Shown here: in pieces, positions 43,268-52,256 of the stretch
Layout: each line of letters begins with the position of its first letter
Position numbering within the stretch: position 1 is the stretch's first letter
Source: Alistipes sp.
Lineage (GTDB): Bacteria; Bacteroidota; Bacteroidia; Bacteroidales; Rikenellaceae
Length of the DNA: 64,000 nt
Assembly: GCA_020026375.1 (NCBI GenBank)
Contig: JAHHQN010000011.1
Location: 567-64,566, forward strand
Reading direction: 5' to 3'
Made by a program: the position numbers and the translations under genes
Notes under the pieces: model-generated
What the model was told of the DNA's origin: nothing
The model's input: the letters and a program-made list of their open reading frames with translations, nothing else
Databases searched by the model: none

Positions 43268-44800
43268 TTAAAAGTTGTAGCCCACCCTCAGCACCACACG
43301 CTCGCGGTCGGCCTCGGGCAGCAGTTTCACATTGAAGCCGTGTTCCCAGTCCACCGACAGGTCGATGTAGAAGCGGCTGATATTGCGGCGCAACGAAGCC
43401 CCCAGCCCCATGCGGTTGGCCGTGGCATATTCGTTCTCGGCATTGTAGAAGTCGGTCAGACGGTCGGGATAGCCGCCCGGCGAGGCCGGCTCGTCGAACA
43501 AGGCCTCCGTGTCGCGGCAGCCGCCCGTGCGCAGCATCATGCGCCACGCCAGCTCCCAGTTGCCCAACCTGCGGAGATAGTCGGCCGCCACCACCGTATA
43601 GTGCAGACGCTGTCCCTTGAGGTAGGGATACATCAGGAACGACGCACGGTTGGTGAACACATAGCGTCCCGACAGCCGCAAATCGTTGTGTGCGTCCTTG
43701 AATTCATACTCCGCACCGCTCTCCAGCATGCGTCCCTCGTAGACCGGTACCGAGCCGTGGTTGACGGGGCGGCTCACGCCGTCGATGTTCTCGAACGAGA
43801 GGACATTCTCGCGGTTGTTGACCTTCTGCCAGCCGATGCGGCCTCGCAGGAAGTGGTGCGAGGCTGCCGACTTGAGGTGCAGCACGACACGGGCATCAAT
43901 ACGGTCGGTCTCGAACTCGTGCCACTCGATGTCGCGCTCGCCCGAATTGCCGCTACCGCTGCGGTACTCCACATCGGCATACCAGCCACCGTATTGTGCC
44001 GCCAGCGACACACCGTGGAGGGTCTGTCGGAGGGGAAATCCGCTCACACCGGGAGTCGAGAGGTGGAGGTCGTTGCTCTCCCACAACTGCAGCGAGCCGA
44101 AGCGCAGACCGCGGTCGAAGAAGGCCTTGTAGCCCTCCACCGAAGCCCCCACCTGCTCGGCCTCGAGTTTCTCGCGGTCGAGATGGAGCAGATAGGCCGC
44201 CGCCACGGCGAAATCACCGTTGCGGAACATCACCCCGGGGGCAAAGTCGAAGTCCAGACGTGTGTTCTTGTGGCGCAAATCCTTGCGTTTGGCATAGTTG
44301 GCCGCCGCGAAGTCGATGTCGAGACCCACGGCCCAATGCTCCGCCAGCGGAGCGGCCACATTGCCCTCAAAGGCATAGGTCTCCTTCACCTTGCGGCCGG
44401 GGGTGAACTCCACGATGTCGACCGGATAGAAACCCGGCCGTACAAACATCGAGCCGCACATGTTGCGGCCGTCGAAATAATCATAGGAGAAGCTGCCCGA
44501 GAACGACACCTTCTCGAAGTGGCGCACCGACGAGGTGACCACTCCGGCGTTCCAGCTGTCGTCGGACGACGAGAGGTCGGCAAAACCGCCGTTGTCCTTG
44601 CGCAGGAAGACCTCGGCATAGGAGCGGCTCACCGAGTCGCGGAGGATACCCGTGGCATGCACACCGCCGCTCCAGGCGTTGCGCCGCAGCGTGTAGTCGA
44701 AACGGTCGGGGTTCACCACCCCACCCTTGCAGCCATCTCCGGCACACATGCCTTCCAGAGAGACCACCGACAGCAACAGAAGCGATAAAATTTTTCTCAT
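43268..44800 (-). CDS. Outer-membrane beta-barrel protein (DUF6850-like)
   Basis: ATG at 44800 gives MRKILSLLLLSVVSLEG (signal peptide). 510 aa. Alternating beta-strand pattern and a C-terminal ...VVLRVGYNF ending in aromatic F. The track ORF is extended to 44911. Confidence 0.7.
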   Translation of the reverse strand: MRKILSLLLLSVVSLEGMCAGDGCKGGVVNPDRFDYTLRRNAWSGGVHATGILRDSVSRSYAEVFLRKDNGGFADLSSSDDSWNAGVVTSSVRHFEKVSFSGSFSYDYFDGRNMCGSMFVRPGFYPVDIVEFTPGRKVKETYAFEGNVAAPLAEHWAVGLDIDFAAANYAKRKDLRHKNTRLDFDFAPGVMFRNGDFAVAAAYLLHLDREKLEAEQVGASVEGYKAFFDRGLRFGSLQLWESNDLHLSTPGVSGFPLRQTLHGVSLAAQYGGWYADVEYRSGSGNSGERDIEWHEFETDRIDARVVLHLKSAASHHFLRGRIGWQKVNNRENVLSFENIDGVSRPVNHGSVPVYEGRMLESGAEYEFKDAHNDLRLSGRYVFTNRASFLMYPYLKGQRLHYTVVAADYLRRLGNWELAWRMMLRTGGCRDTEALFDEPASPGGYPDRLTDFYNAENEYATANRMGLGASLRRNISRFYIDLSVDWEHGFNVKLLPEADRERVVLRVGYNF

Positions 44801-44804
44801 AAGG

Positions 44805-46034
44805 CTATTTGTGCAATGACTGTGTTTCACGTTCATAGAAATCGTCGGTCGAGTTGTTGGTGTCGAGCAGCACCTCGTAGCCGGCCACGGCCGAGGCCTC
44901 CTCGTCGACACGGCGGTGGACGGTGTGTCCCTTCGAAGTGCCGGAGAAGCCGCACGAACCGGCGTCGATGTCGGTTCTCAGACGCTTGAAGTTGCTTGCG
45001 CCCGTGTTGTCCGACACCTCAACGGCATCGACAATCCACTGCCAGTCGACCTTCGAATAGATAATCGAGCCGTTCTGCACGGCCGACTGCTTGTCGTCGG
45101 CCAGATAGCCCTCCGCGTCGAAGTCCTCGGGGAAGCGGAAGATGATGACCGCCGGCGAGTAGTTCGAAATGACATAGACGTTCGTTCCCACACGTCCCGT
45201 CTTCTTCAGCACCTTCAGGTAGTTCTTCTCCTCGATACGGTCGCCCGGCACGGGGTGCGAACGCGGGTCGGGATAGTTCACCTGGTCATACAGCACATAG
45301 AACCCCTCCTGATTGAGGTTCACCGAGTGGGAGTAGGTCTTGGTGTGGTCCACCGCACCGTTCATCGCCACCACGGCATCTTCGCCCGGCGAGAGGGGGT
45401 GGTCACTGCCCGAACCGCCGAACTGCCAGATGCAGTCGGGCGCGGCGGCATAGTCGCGGAAGACGATGTTGCCGTCGCCGTCGACACTCGTCCAGGGGTT
45501 GTTCTGCACCTTGGAGTTGTAGGGGGCGACCATCGACAGGCACAGGCCGTCGAGGTAGAGCGTCTCGTCGCTGTTGTTGTGGAGAATGAGGTACTTGTCA
45601 TAGACATAGGTGCCGGTCGAGGGGGCATCTTGTGCGCAGCCGCCCGTGTAGACCTCCTTGATGACAATGGTGCCGGGTTTCGAGTAGTGAAGGTCGACGC
45701 TCACCTCGCGGTTCTGCGACATGAGGTCGAGCTGCTCGATGCGGCCCTGGAAGACCGACTGTTTGTCGGGCTTGTCGGTCACCGACACATTGTAGTGTCC
45801 GGCCGTGACCGTAAATTCGGCACACCCCTCCTTGTCGGTGAGCGAGGTGTAGCGATTCGAACTGTTGCGGTCGTCGAGACGCACGGTCACCCCCTCGCGG
45901 AGGTTGTCGTCATGGCCGTCGGGATAGACCACCGTCACCTTCAGATGGCGCAGGGAATCGCCGTAGGGATTCTCGTCCAGCGAGGTGCATGCCGCCAAAA
46001 GCAGCAGAGGAAGATATAGGATAAACTTTTTCAT
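44805..46034 (-). CDS. DUF4876-like lipoprotein with a lamin-tail-domain-like segment
   Basis: 409 aa. Lipobox LLLAAC followed by TSLDE. N-terminal Ig/CarboxypepD-like region (VTVVYPDG...GCAEFTVTAGHYNVSV), then IVIKEVYTGG...YLILHNNSDETLYLDGLCL. Confidence 0.7.
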   Translation of the reverse strand: MKKFILYLPLLLLAACTSLDENPYGDSLRHLKVTVVYPDGHDDNLREGVTVRLDDRNSSNRYTSLTDKEGCAEFTVTAGHYNVSVTDKPDKQSVFQGRIEQLDLMSQNREVSVDLHYSKPGTIVIKEVYTGGCAQDAPSTGTYVYDKYLILHNNSDETLYLDGLCLSMVAPYNSKVQNNPWTSVDGDGNIVFRDYAAAPDCIWQFGGSGSDHPLSPGEDAVVAMNGAVDHTKTYSHSVNLNQEGFYVLYDQVNYPDPRSHPVPGDRIEEKNYLKVLKKTGRVGTNVYVISNYSPAVIIFRFPEDFDAEGYLADDKQSAVQNGSIIYSKVDWQWIVDAVEVSDNTGASNFKRLRTDIDAGSCGFSGTSKGHTVHRRVDEEASAVAGYEVLLDTNNSTDDFYERETQSLHK

Positions 46035-46041
46035 CGTCGGT

Positions 46042-48873
46042 TCAGAATTTGACTCTCACAGTGAGACCATAGTAAAATTCGGGGGTGAAGACCGCCTTGA
46101 TACCCGTGGCGTAGGAGGCCACAAAGGGGCGCGAATTGGTGAAGTTGTTGGCGTAGAGCGACACCGACACATGATCGCCAATCTCCTTGGTGACGCTCAG
46201 GTTGGCCGAGAAATAGGGGTCGTAGCCGTCGCGGTCGAACGAGTAGGCGTTGCTCGAGGTGATGCGCAGGGCCTGGAATTCGGTCTTCGCACGATCGGCC
46301 TCGGTGAAGGGGTGACGCCGTCCCTCGAGGTCGAGGTAGGCAATCGGCCAGATGGAGGTGTAGTGGCCGCCCTCATAGACACTGCCGCCCGTGGGGTTGC
46401 CGTCCTGGTCGGTGTTGATGGCATACTCGCGTCCCATATACTCCGAGAGGTTCTGCGAGCGGCGCAGCAGGGCCGCCTCCAGACGCAGGGTCACCACCAT
46501 ACGGATTGACGGGATATGGGTCGTGGAGGTGAGGTTGACGTCGAGGGCGTGGGTCTTGCGGCCGTTGTAGGTCACCGACGTACGTCCGCCGTTGTTGACA
46601 TAGATGCCCACATAGGGATAGAATCCTCCGGCCGTGGAGCGCGAGGGGTAGTACATCGACTCGTCGGTATTGACGTATCGGGTGTAGCCATAGGCACCGT
46701 CGACACGCAGCTGTGTGCGTATGGGATTGATTTGCGGGAAATCGACCACGAATTCCAGACCCATGCGGTCGACAGGCGAGGAGTTGGTCTGGCGGGTGTT
46801 CTTCACGAAGGTGTTGACCGTCGAACGGGTCTCCATCGAAATCCAGCCCTCGCCCATGTTGTCGGCATCGCGCACGAAGATTTCGCCCGTCTGCTGGTCG
46901 ACCTTGAAGAGCGGATTCGAGGGCATGACAAACGGCGAACCGTCGGGTTTGTGCGACGGCAGGCCGCTCACCTTATAGGAGAAGGGGTCGTAGAAGCTGT
47001 TCATCTGGAAGGGGTACTTCGTGCGGTTGAAGTAGCCGACCAGCGACACCGACGTGCCGCCCAGCTTCAACTCCACACCCACCTCGGCGTTGCGGTTCTT
47101 CTGCCAGCGCAGCTCGGGGTTGTAGACCAGACGGTGGGGCTGGGTGTGGTAGACATAGACGTTGCGTCCGGGGGCGTAGTTGCTGCTGAAGACACGCGTG
47201 TCGCGGTATTCGGGCAGCGGATACAGCACGGCGAACGAGGGGAGTTTCTCGGTAAGACCCCAGCCGGCACGCAGCGACACCGCACGGCTGATGCGGTACT
47301 TGAGGTTGAAGCGCGGCGAGAGACTCGACGTGTTGCGGTAGTCGCTGTTCTTCACACAGGTCTTCTCGGCACGCAGTCCGGCCATAATCTTGAGGGTCGT
47401 GCCACCCAGCGGCAGCGAGAGCGACTCCTCGACGTAGGCCGCGATGTTGTGCATGTAGGGGATATCGGTGTAGGGACGCGGACGGTAGCCGTCGGGCGAG
47501 AGTGCTGCATCGTCGTAGTATTCGCCGCGACCCACATTGCCGTTGGCGCGCCACGACACACCGATTTTGGCGTTGCTGTGAATGTCGCCCCAGCTGCGAA
47601 TCCAGGTGGCCTTGAGGTTGGCGGCATAGTCCAGACGCTTGGAGTCGATGTTTTCGGTAGTGTAGTAATAGGAACCGGGCAGCATCTGCGCGATGAAGTA
47701 ACCGTTCTCCTCGGCATGCACGGCCGGCAGTCCGTCGGGTGACGACTCGTAGTAACGGCGGCGCGAATAGTTGTCGGAATAGCTCAGCGAAGCATCGAAG
47801 TCGATGCCCGTAATCCATTTGCGGTTGAGCTGCCACTTGAGCGAGGTGTTGGCACGCAGGGCGTTGTCCCTCACACGCTGCCACTCGCCCACCATGGCAT
47901 CGGGATCGTCCTCGGTATCCATGCCGCCGATGTTGGCCGCCACACCCACATTGAAGCGCAGCACGTCGGCAAACGTATTCTGATAGTTGAGCGACAGACC
48001 CGTACGCGAATAGGAGGTATAGGGCGAGGTGGGGTTCTTGGTGGCGCGCGTGTACTCCACATTGGAGTTCAGCACACCGCCGCGGCCACCCAGGTCGAAA
48101 CCCTTGGAGGCCGACACCTGCTTGGTGCGCGGATTGGTCGACATGACCACCGTGTAGGGGGTCTTTCCCTTGCGGGTCTTCACGCGAATCATGCCCGAAC
48201 CCAAATCGCCGTACTCGGCCGACGGGATACCGGTCACCACCTCCACGGCCTCGATGTTGGTCGACGAGATGTTGCGGGTGCTGACACCCGTGATGCCGCT
48301 CAGCGAGGCATTCGACGACAGACGCACGCCGTCGATTTCCACCGCCGTGCCGAACTGTGCATTGCCGGCCGACGAACCGCCGTCACGCAGCGAGAACATG
48401 TTGTCCTGCATCAGGTCGGGGTTGACGGTCTTGCCGCCGGGCAGCAGCGACGAGATGTCGGAGGCGTTGACCATCTGCAGATGGTTGATGGCGTTGCCGC
48501 CGATGGTGCGCGAGGTCGACATGGCATTGGGCACCTCCTTGGCGGTGACCACCACACTCTCCAGGGCCAGGTTGTCCTCCTTGAGCAGGAAGTTCACGTC
48601 GTCACGCTCCCCCGAGATGTCGAACACCTCCACCGCGGTGACAAATCCCAGACACGAAACGGCAAATTCGGCCTTGCCGCCGGGAACATCTTTCATGTGG
48701 AAATTACCATTGTTGTCGGCCACCGCCCACAGGCCTGCGGCCGGAAGTTCGACGACGGCCTGCGCGACGGGTTTCTTTCCGTCGTGGCTCAACACGCGGC
48801 CCGACACGTCAAAATGCTGTGCCAGAGCCGCAAGGGGCATCACAAGCAGAAACAGCAGGAAAAGTCTCTTCAT
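46042..48873 (-). CDS. TonB-dependent receptor with N-terminal CarboxypepD_reg-like domain
   Basis: ATG at 48873 gives MKRLFLLFLLVMPLAALAQHF. 943 aa. Contains GRVLSHDGKKPVAQAVVEL, the TonB-box-like LESVVVTA, plug motif IEAVEVVTGIPSAEYGD, and terminal ...GLTVRVKF. Confidence 0.92.
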   Translation of the reverse strand: MKRLFLLFLLVMPLAALAQHFDVSGRVLSHDGKKPVAQAVVELPAAGLWAVADNNGNFHMKDVPGGKAEFAVSCLGFVTAVEVFDISGERDDVNFLLKEDNLALESVVVTAKEVPNAMSTSRTIGGNAINHLQMVNASDISSLLPGGKTVNPDLMQDNMFSLRDGGSSAGNAQFGTAVEIDGVRLSSNASLSGITGVSTRNISSTNIEAVEVVTGIPSAEYGDLGSGMIRVKTRKGKTPYTVVMSTNPRTKQVSASKGFDLGGRGGVLNSNVEYTRATKNPTSPYTSYSRTGLSLNYQNTFADVLRFNVGVAANIGGMDTEDDPDAMVGEWQRVRDNALRANTSLKWQLNRKWITGIDFDASLSYSDNYSRRRYYESSPDGLPAVHAEENGYFIAQMLPGSYYYTTENIDSKRLDYAANLKATWIRSWGDIHSNAKIGVSWRANGNVGRGEYYDDAALSPDGYRPRPYTDIPYMHNIAAYVEESLSLPLGGTTLKIMAGLRAEKTCVKNSDYRNTSSLSPRFNLKYRISRAVSLRAGWGLTEKLPSFAVLYPLPEYRDTRVFSSNYAPGRNVYVYHTQPHRLVYNPELRWQKNRNAEVGVELKLGGTSVSLVGYFNRTKYPFQMNSFYDPFSYKVSGLPSHKPDGSPFVMPSNPLFKVDQQTGEIFVRDADNMGEGWISMETRSTVNTFVKNTRQTNSSPVDRMGLEFVVDFPQINPIRTQLRVDGAYGYTRYVNTDESMYYPSRSTAGGFYPYVGIYVNNGGRTSVTYNGRKTHALDVNLTSTTHIPSIRMVVTLRLEAALLRRSQNLSEYMGREYAINTDQDGNPTGGSVYEGGHYTSIWPIAYLDLEGRRHPFTEADRAKTEFQALRITSSNAYSFDRDGYDPYFSANLSVTKEIGDHVSVSLYANNFTNSRPFVASYATGIKAVFTPEFYYGLTVRVKF

Positions 48874-48941
48874 GGTTATCGTATGCGAAAATACAGCAGA
48901 CAGAATCTGTTGAAGACAATATATAAGTTTGGAAAATCGCA

Positions 48942-48949
48942 CAAATGTA
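48942..48949 (-). promoter_or_regulatory. -7 box TACATTTG, candidate promoter of the TonB-receptor operon
   Basis: The plus strand reads CAAATGTA at 48942-48949, about 69 nt upstream of the ATG at 48873. Confidence 0.55.
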
Positions 48950-49093
48950 AAAAACCCTCCTCACATTAGCAATACCTATATTGTAGTATATTCTCCGCCG
49001 TCTGTTTTCCGCCGCCGCCCACCTTCCTCATCGGCGAACTCCCGCCGCCGCGTTTTTCGGCCGACAAAATGCACGATATCGCAAAAAACATTC

Positions 49094-49101
49094 TATCTTT
49101 G
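49094..49101 (+). promoter_or_regulatory. -7 box TATCTTTG, candidate promoter of the YidE/YbjL-type transporter
   Basis: TATCTTTG at 49094-49101, about 23 nt upstream of the ATG at 49124. Confidence 0.55.
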
Positions 49102-49123
49102 CGGTTTATTGATACATGGAACT

Positions 49124-50785
49124 ATGATTGAACTGTTTGACACACTGTTCACCGACGCCACCATCAAAAGCGTCGTCGTCATCTCGCTGATTTCGGTCAT
49201 CGGCATCGGATTCGGCAAGATCAAGTTTTTCGGAGTCTCGTTAGGCACGGCCTTCATCTTCTTTGTGGGCATCATGGCCGGTCACTGGGGATTGAAACTC
49301 AACCACGACATGCTGCTCTATGCCGAGAACTTCGGACTCATCATCTTTGTCTATGCACTGGGACTGCAGGTCGGTCCGGGTTTCTTCTCGTCGATGCGCT
49401 CCGACGGACTCCGACTGCTCTCCCCCTCGATACTGCTGCTGCTCGTCGGCACGGGACTGGCCATCGCCCTGAGCATGGTTTCAGGGGTGCGCATCTCCGA
49501 CATGGCCGGTATCCTCTGCGGCGCCACCACCAACACCCCGGCCCTCGGTGCCGCACAACAGACCCTCCAGCAGTTCGGCGTCGATGCCAACGGTGCGGCA
49601 CTGGGCTGCGCACTGACCTATCCGCTGGGTGTGGTGGGTGTGATTCTGGCCGTCATCTTCCTGCGCAAGCTCTTCACCCGTCCGTCCGACTTCGCACGGG
49701 AGGAGACCGATCCCCACAACATCTTCATCGCCAGCTTCCACCTGACCAATCCCGGCATCTTCGGCAAGAGCGTGCATGACATCGCCGCAGGTAGCCACCA
49801 CCACTTCGTCATCTCACGCATCTGGCGCGACGGCCATGTGTCGATTCCCACCTCCGACAAGACCCTCCAGAAGGACGACGTGATACTGGTCATCACCACC
49901 CCCGAAGAGGTCGACGCCCTGCGCATCATCTTCGGCGAACAGGAGCAGAAGGACTGGAACAGCAGCGACATCGACTGGAACAAAATCGACAGCCAGCTCA
50001 TCTCGCAGCGTATCCTGGTCACCCGTCCCGAAATCAACGGCAAGAAACTCTCGTCGCTGCGCCTGCGCAACAGCTACGGCATCAACATCAGCCGCGTCTA
50101 CCGTTCGGGCGTGCAGCTGCTGGCCACCCCCGACCTGCGTCTGCAGCTGGGCGACCGTCTCACCGTGGTGGGCGAGGCCAAAGCCATTCAGAATGTGGAA
50201 AAAATATTGGGTAATGCGGTCAAGAGCCTCAACGAACCCAACCTTGCGGCCGTGTTCATCGGTCTGATACTGGGTCTCACGCTGGGTTCCATTCCCGTGA
50301 CCATTCCCGGCATCTCCACCCCCGTGAAACTCGGTCTGGCCGGCGGCCCCATCATCGTGGGTATCCTCATCGGCACCTTCGGACCACGCATGCACATGAT
50401 TACCTACACCACACAGAGTGCCAATCTGATGCTCCGCGCCCTGGGTCTGTCGATGTATCTGGCCTGTCTGGGACTCGACTCGGGCGAACATTTCTTCGAG
50501 ACCGTCATGCGACCCGAGGGTGCCTTGTGGCTGGGTCTGGGCTTCCTGCTCACGTTCGTTCCCGTGGTGCTGGTGGGCCTCTTCTCGCTCAAGGTGCTCA
50601 AGCTCGACTTCGGCTCGGTGGCCGGACTCCTCTGCGGAGGAATGGCCAACCCCATGGCACTGAACTATGTGAACGACACCATCGATGGCAACAACCCCTC
50701 GGTATCCTACGCCACGGTCTATCCCGTGTGCATGTTCCTGCGTGTCATCATCATTCAAATCATGCTGATGCTCTTCCTCCAGTAG
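49124..50785 (+). CDS. AAE-family (YidE/YbjL/AspT-like) transporter with central TrkA-C (RCK_C) domains
   Basis: ATG at 49124 gives MIELFDTLF... 553 aa. Two homologous membrane halves (FGLIIFVYALGLQVGPGFF and ...MYLACLGLDSGEHFF) flank two soluble RCK_C-like repeats. Confidence 0.88.
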   Translation: MIELFDTLFTDATIKSVVVISLISVIGIGFGKIKFFGVSLGTAFIFFVGIMAGHWGLKLNHDMLLYAENFGLIIFVYALGLQVGPGFFSSMRSDGLRLLSPSILLLLVGTGLAIALSMVSGVRISDMAGILCGATTNTPALGAAQQTLQQFGVDANGAALGCALTYPLGVVGVILAVIFLRKLFTRPSDFAREETDPHNIFIASFHLTNPGIFGKSVHDIAAGSHHHFVISRIWRDGHVSIPTSDKTLQKDDVILVITTPEEVDALRIIFGEQEQKDWNSSDIDWNKIDSQLISQRILVTRPEINGKKLSSLRLRNSYGINISRVYRSGVQLLATPDLRLQLGDRLTVVGEAKAIQNVEKILGNAVKSLNEPNLAAVFIGLILGLTLGSIPVTIPGISTPVKLGLAGGPIIVGILIGTFGPRMHMITYTTQSANLMLRALGLSMYLACLGLDSGEHFFETVMRPEGALWLGLGFLLTFVPVVLVGLFSLKVLKLDFGSVAGLLCGGMANPMALNYVNDTIDGNNPSVSYATVYPVCMFLRVIIIQIMLMLFLQ

Positions 50786-50812
50786 CCCCTACGGGTCTGC
50801 CCAAAAGAGACA

Positions 50813-52114
50813 TCAACCGACTCCCCCAACGTCGTGCGGCAATGTGCCGCACGACGTTTTTACATATTGCCGCAGGTCATCGCCCGTCGGCGACTGGAAA
50901 ATCCGCAGGTCGAAATCCCCCACCGCGGCAATCAGATGCGAAAAAACGGTGGTCTGCACCGCCTCATACTCGGTCCACATGACCGAACGGGTGAAGAAGT
51001 AGAGTTCGAAGGGCAGTCCCTGTGCCGAGGGGTTGCCGATTCTCACGATGATGGACATGTCGTGGTTCACGGCCTTCATATTCTTGAGATAGAGAAACAT
51101 GTAGAGACGGAAATAGCCCAGATTGGTGGCCGTCTGCTCGTCGATATCCACCCCCGTGTCGCCCACGCCCATCGACATGTCGTCGAACTCGCGGTCGTCG
51201 TCCGCACCCTCGAAATAGGCCTTCAGCAGCTCCATCTCGCGCAGGCGCGCGTGCATGGCCGGCGTGCAGCGGCACACCGAACGCAGGTCGAGGGGCAGCT
51301 GCCGCGAAATGCGCCGTCCGCCCGAGAGTTGCATGGCGTGCCAGTTGACAAACGACTCGCTCACCAGCAGATAGGGCGGAAGTGTGGAGACCGAGTTGTC
51401 CCAGTTGCGAATCTTCACGGTGTTGAGCGACACCTCCTCCACCCGTCCGTCGGCTCCGAACTTCGGCACCGAAATCCAGTCGCCCACCCTCACCATGTCG
51501 TTGGCCGAGAGCTGTATGCCCGACACGAAGCCCAGAATACTGTCGCGGAAGACCAGCATCAGCACCGCCGCCGAAGCACCCAGACCCGTGAAGAAGCGCG
51601 CCGGCGACTTGTCGAGCAGAATCGACACCACCATCACCACGGCAATCATGGCGGCAAAACCCTGCCCCGTCTGCCGCAGGCCGTTGATGGGCTTGTTCTG
51701 CCAGCGCGGCTGGAGCGCGGCGATGCGGAAGGCGGCATGCAGCGAGGTGTTGACCAGCCAGAAAATGGTGGCCACCAGAAAAATCTGCATGGCCTTCAGC
51801 ACGATGCCCCTCACCTCGTCCCTGTCCTCGAAGACCACGGGCAGCACCACCGTGAGCAGCACGGCGGTCAGCACATGGCAGGCAGCCGCTATGACACGTC
51901 CGTTGAAGAGTTCGTCGTCCCACGCCACACGGGTCTTGCGCACGATGCGGCGTGCGGCGTTGACGAACAGGAGGCGCACCACGAAATCGAAGGCAAAGGC
52001 AATGAGCAGCACCAGCACGAAGGCCGCAAAACGACTCCACCCCTCATGGTGGGCGGACTCCACCCCCAGCAGGTCGAGCAGGGCATCGGTCCATTGTTTC
52101 AAAATCTTCTGCAT
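50813..52114 (-). CDS. MscS-family mechanosensitive channel
   Basis: ATG at 52114 gives MQKILKQW... 433 aa. TM helices followed by the beta-domain motif VGDWISVPKFGADGRVEEVSLNTVKIRNWDNS. Confidence 0.88.
   Translation of the reverse strand: MQKILKQWTDALLDLLGVESAHHEGWSRFAAFVLVLLIAFAFDFVVRLLFVNAARRIVRKTRVAWDDELFNGRVIAAACHVLTAVLLTVVLPVVFEDRDEVRGIVLKAMQIFLVATIFWLVNTSLHAAFRIAALQPRWQNKPINGLRQTGQGFAAMIAVVMVVSILLDKSPARFFTGLGASAAVLMLVFRDSILGFVSGIQLSANDMVRVGDWISVPKFGADGRVEEVSLNTVKIRNWDNSVSTLPPYLLVSESFVNWHAMQLSGGRRISRQLPLDLRSVCRCTPAMHARLREMELLKAYFEGADDDREFDDMSMGVGDTGVDIDEQTATNLGYFRLYMFLYLKNMKAVNHDMSIIVRIGNPSAQGLPFELYFFTRSVMWTEYEAVQTTVFSHLIAAVGDFDLRIFQSPTGDDLRQYVKTSCGTLPHDVGGVG
50829..50861 (+). terminator. 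Rho-independent terminator of the transporter gene, embedded in the 3' coding end of the convergent MscS gene
   Basis: Perfect 12-bp stem ACGTCGTGCGGC/GCCGCACGACGT (50829-40 and 50846-57), followed by TTTTT. Confidence 0.65.
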
Positions 52115-52187
52115 ACCCTCCCCCACCGCAAGAACCGCGCCGAACGGCCGACAACGACTGTCGGGAGGAGGCGGACAACGGCAGGGC

Positions 52188-52234
52188 AAAAAAGAAGGAC
52201 GGCTTTCCTCTCTCGGGAGGAAAGTCGTCCTTCT
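52188..52234 (-). terminator. Rho-independent terminator of the SurA/OstA-like operon
   Basis: 18-bp stem AGAAGGACGACTTTCCTC/GAGGAAAGCCGTCCTTCT with one G-U pair (52193-52210 and 52217-52234). On the minus strand it is followed by TTTTTT. Confidence 0.75.
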
Positions 52235-52256
52235 ATAAGGAATGACAGACGCGGTT

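Noticed and set aside
44823-44832. parS-like TGTTTCACGT.
   Set aside because: Only the first half of the 16-bp palindrome matches (the following bases are TCATAG). It lies inside the 3' end of the DUF4876-like gene, 14 kb from parAB.
48874-48949. Cobalamin or other riboswitch upstream of the TonB-dependent receptor.
   Set aside because: The distance from the promoter box to the ATG is only about 70 nt. That is too short for a cobalamin riboswitch, and no conserved riboswitch core was recognisable.
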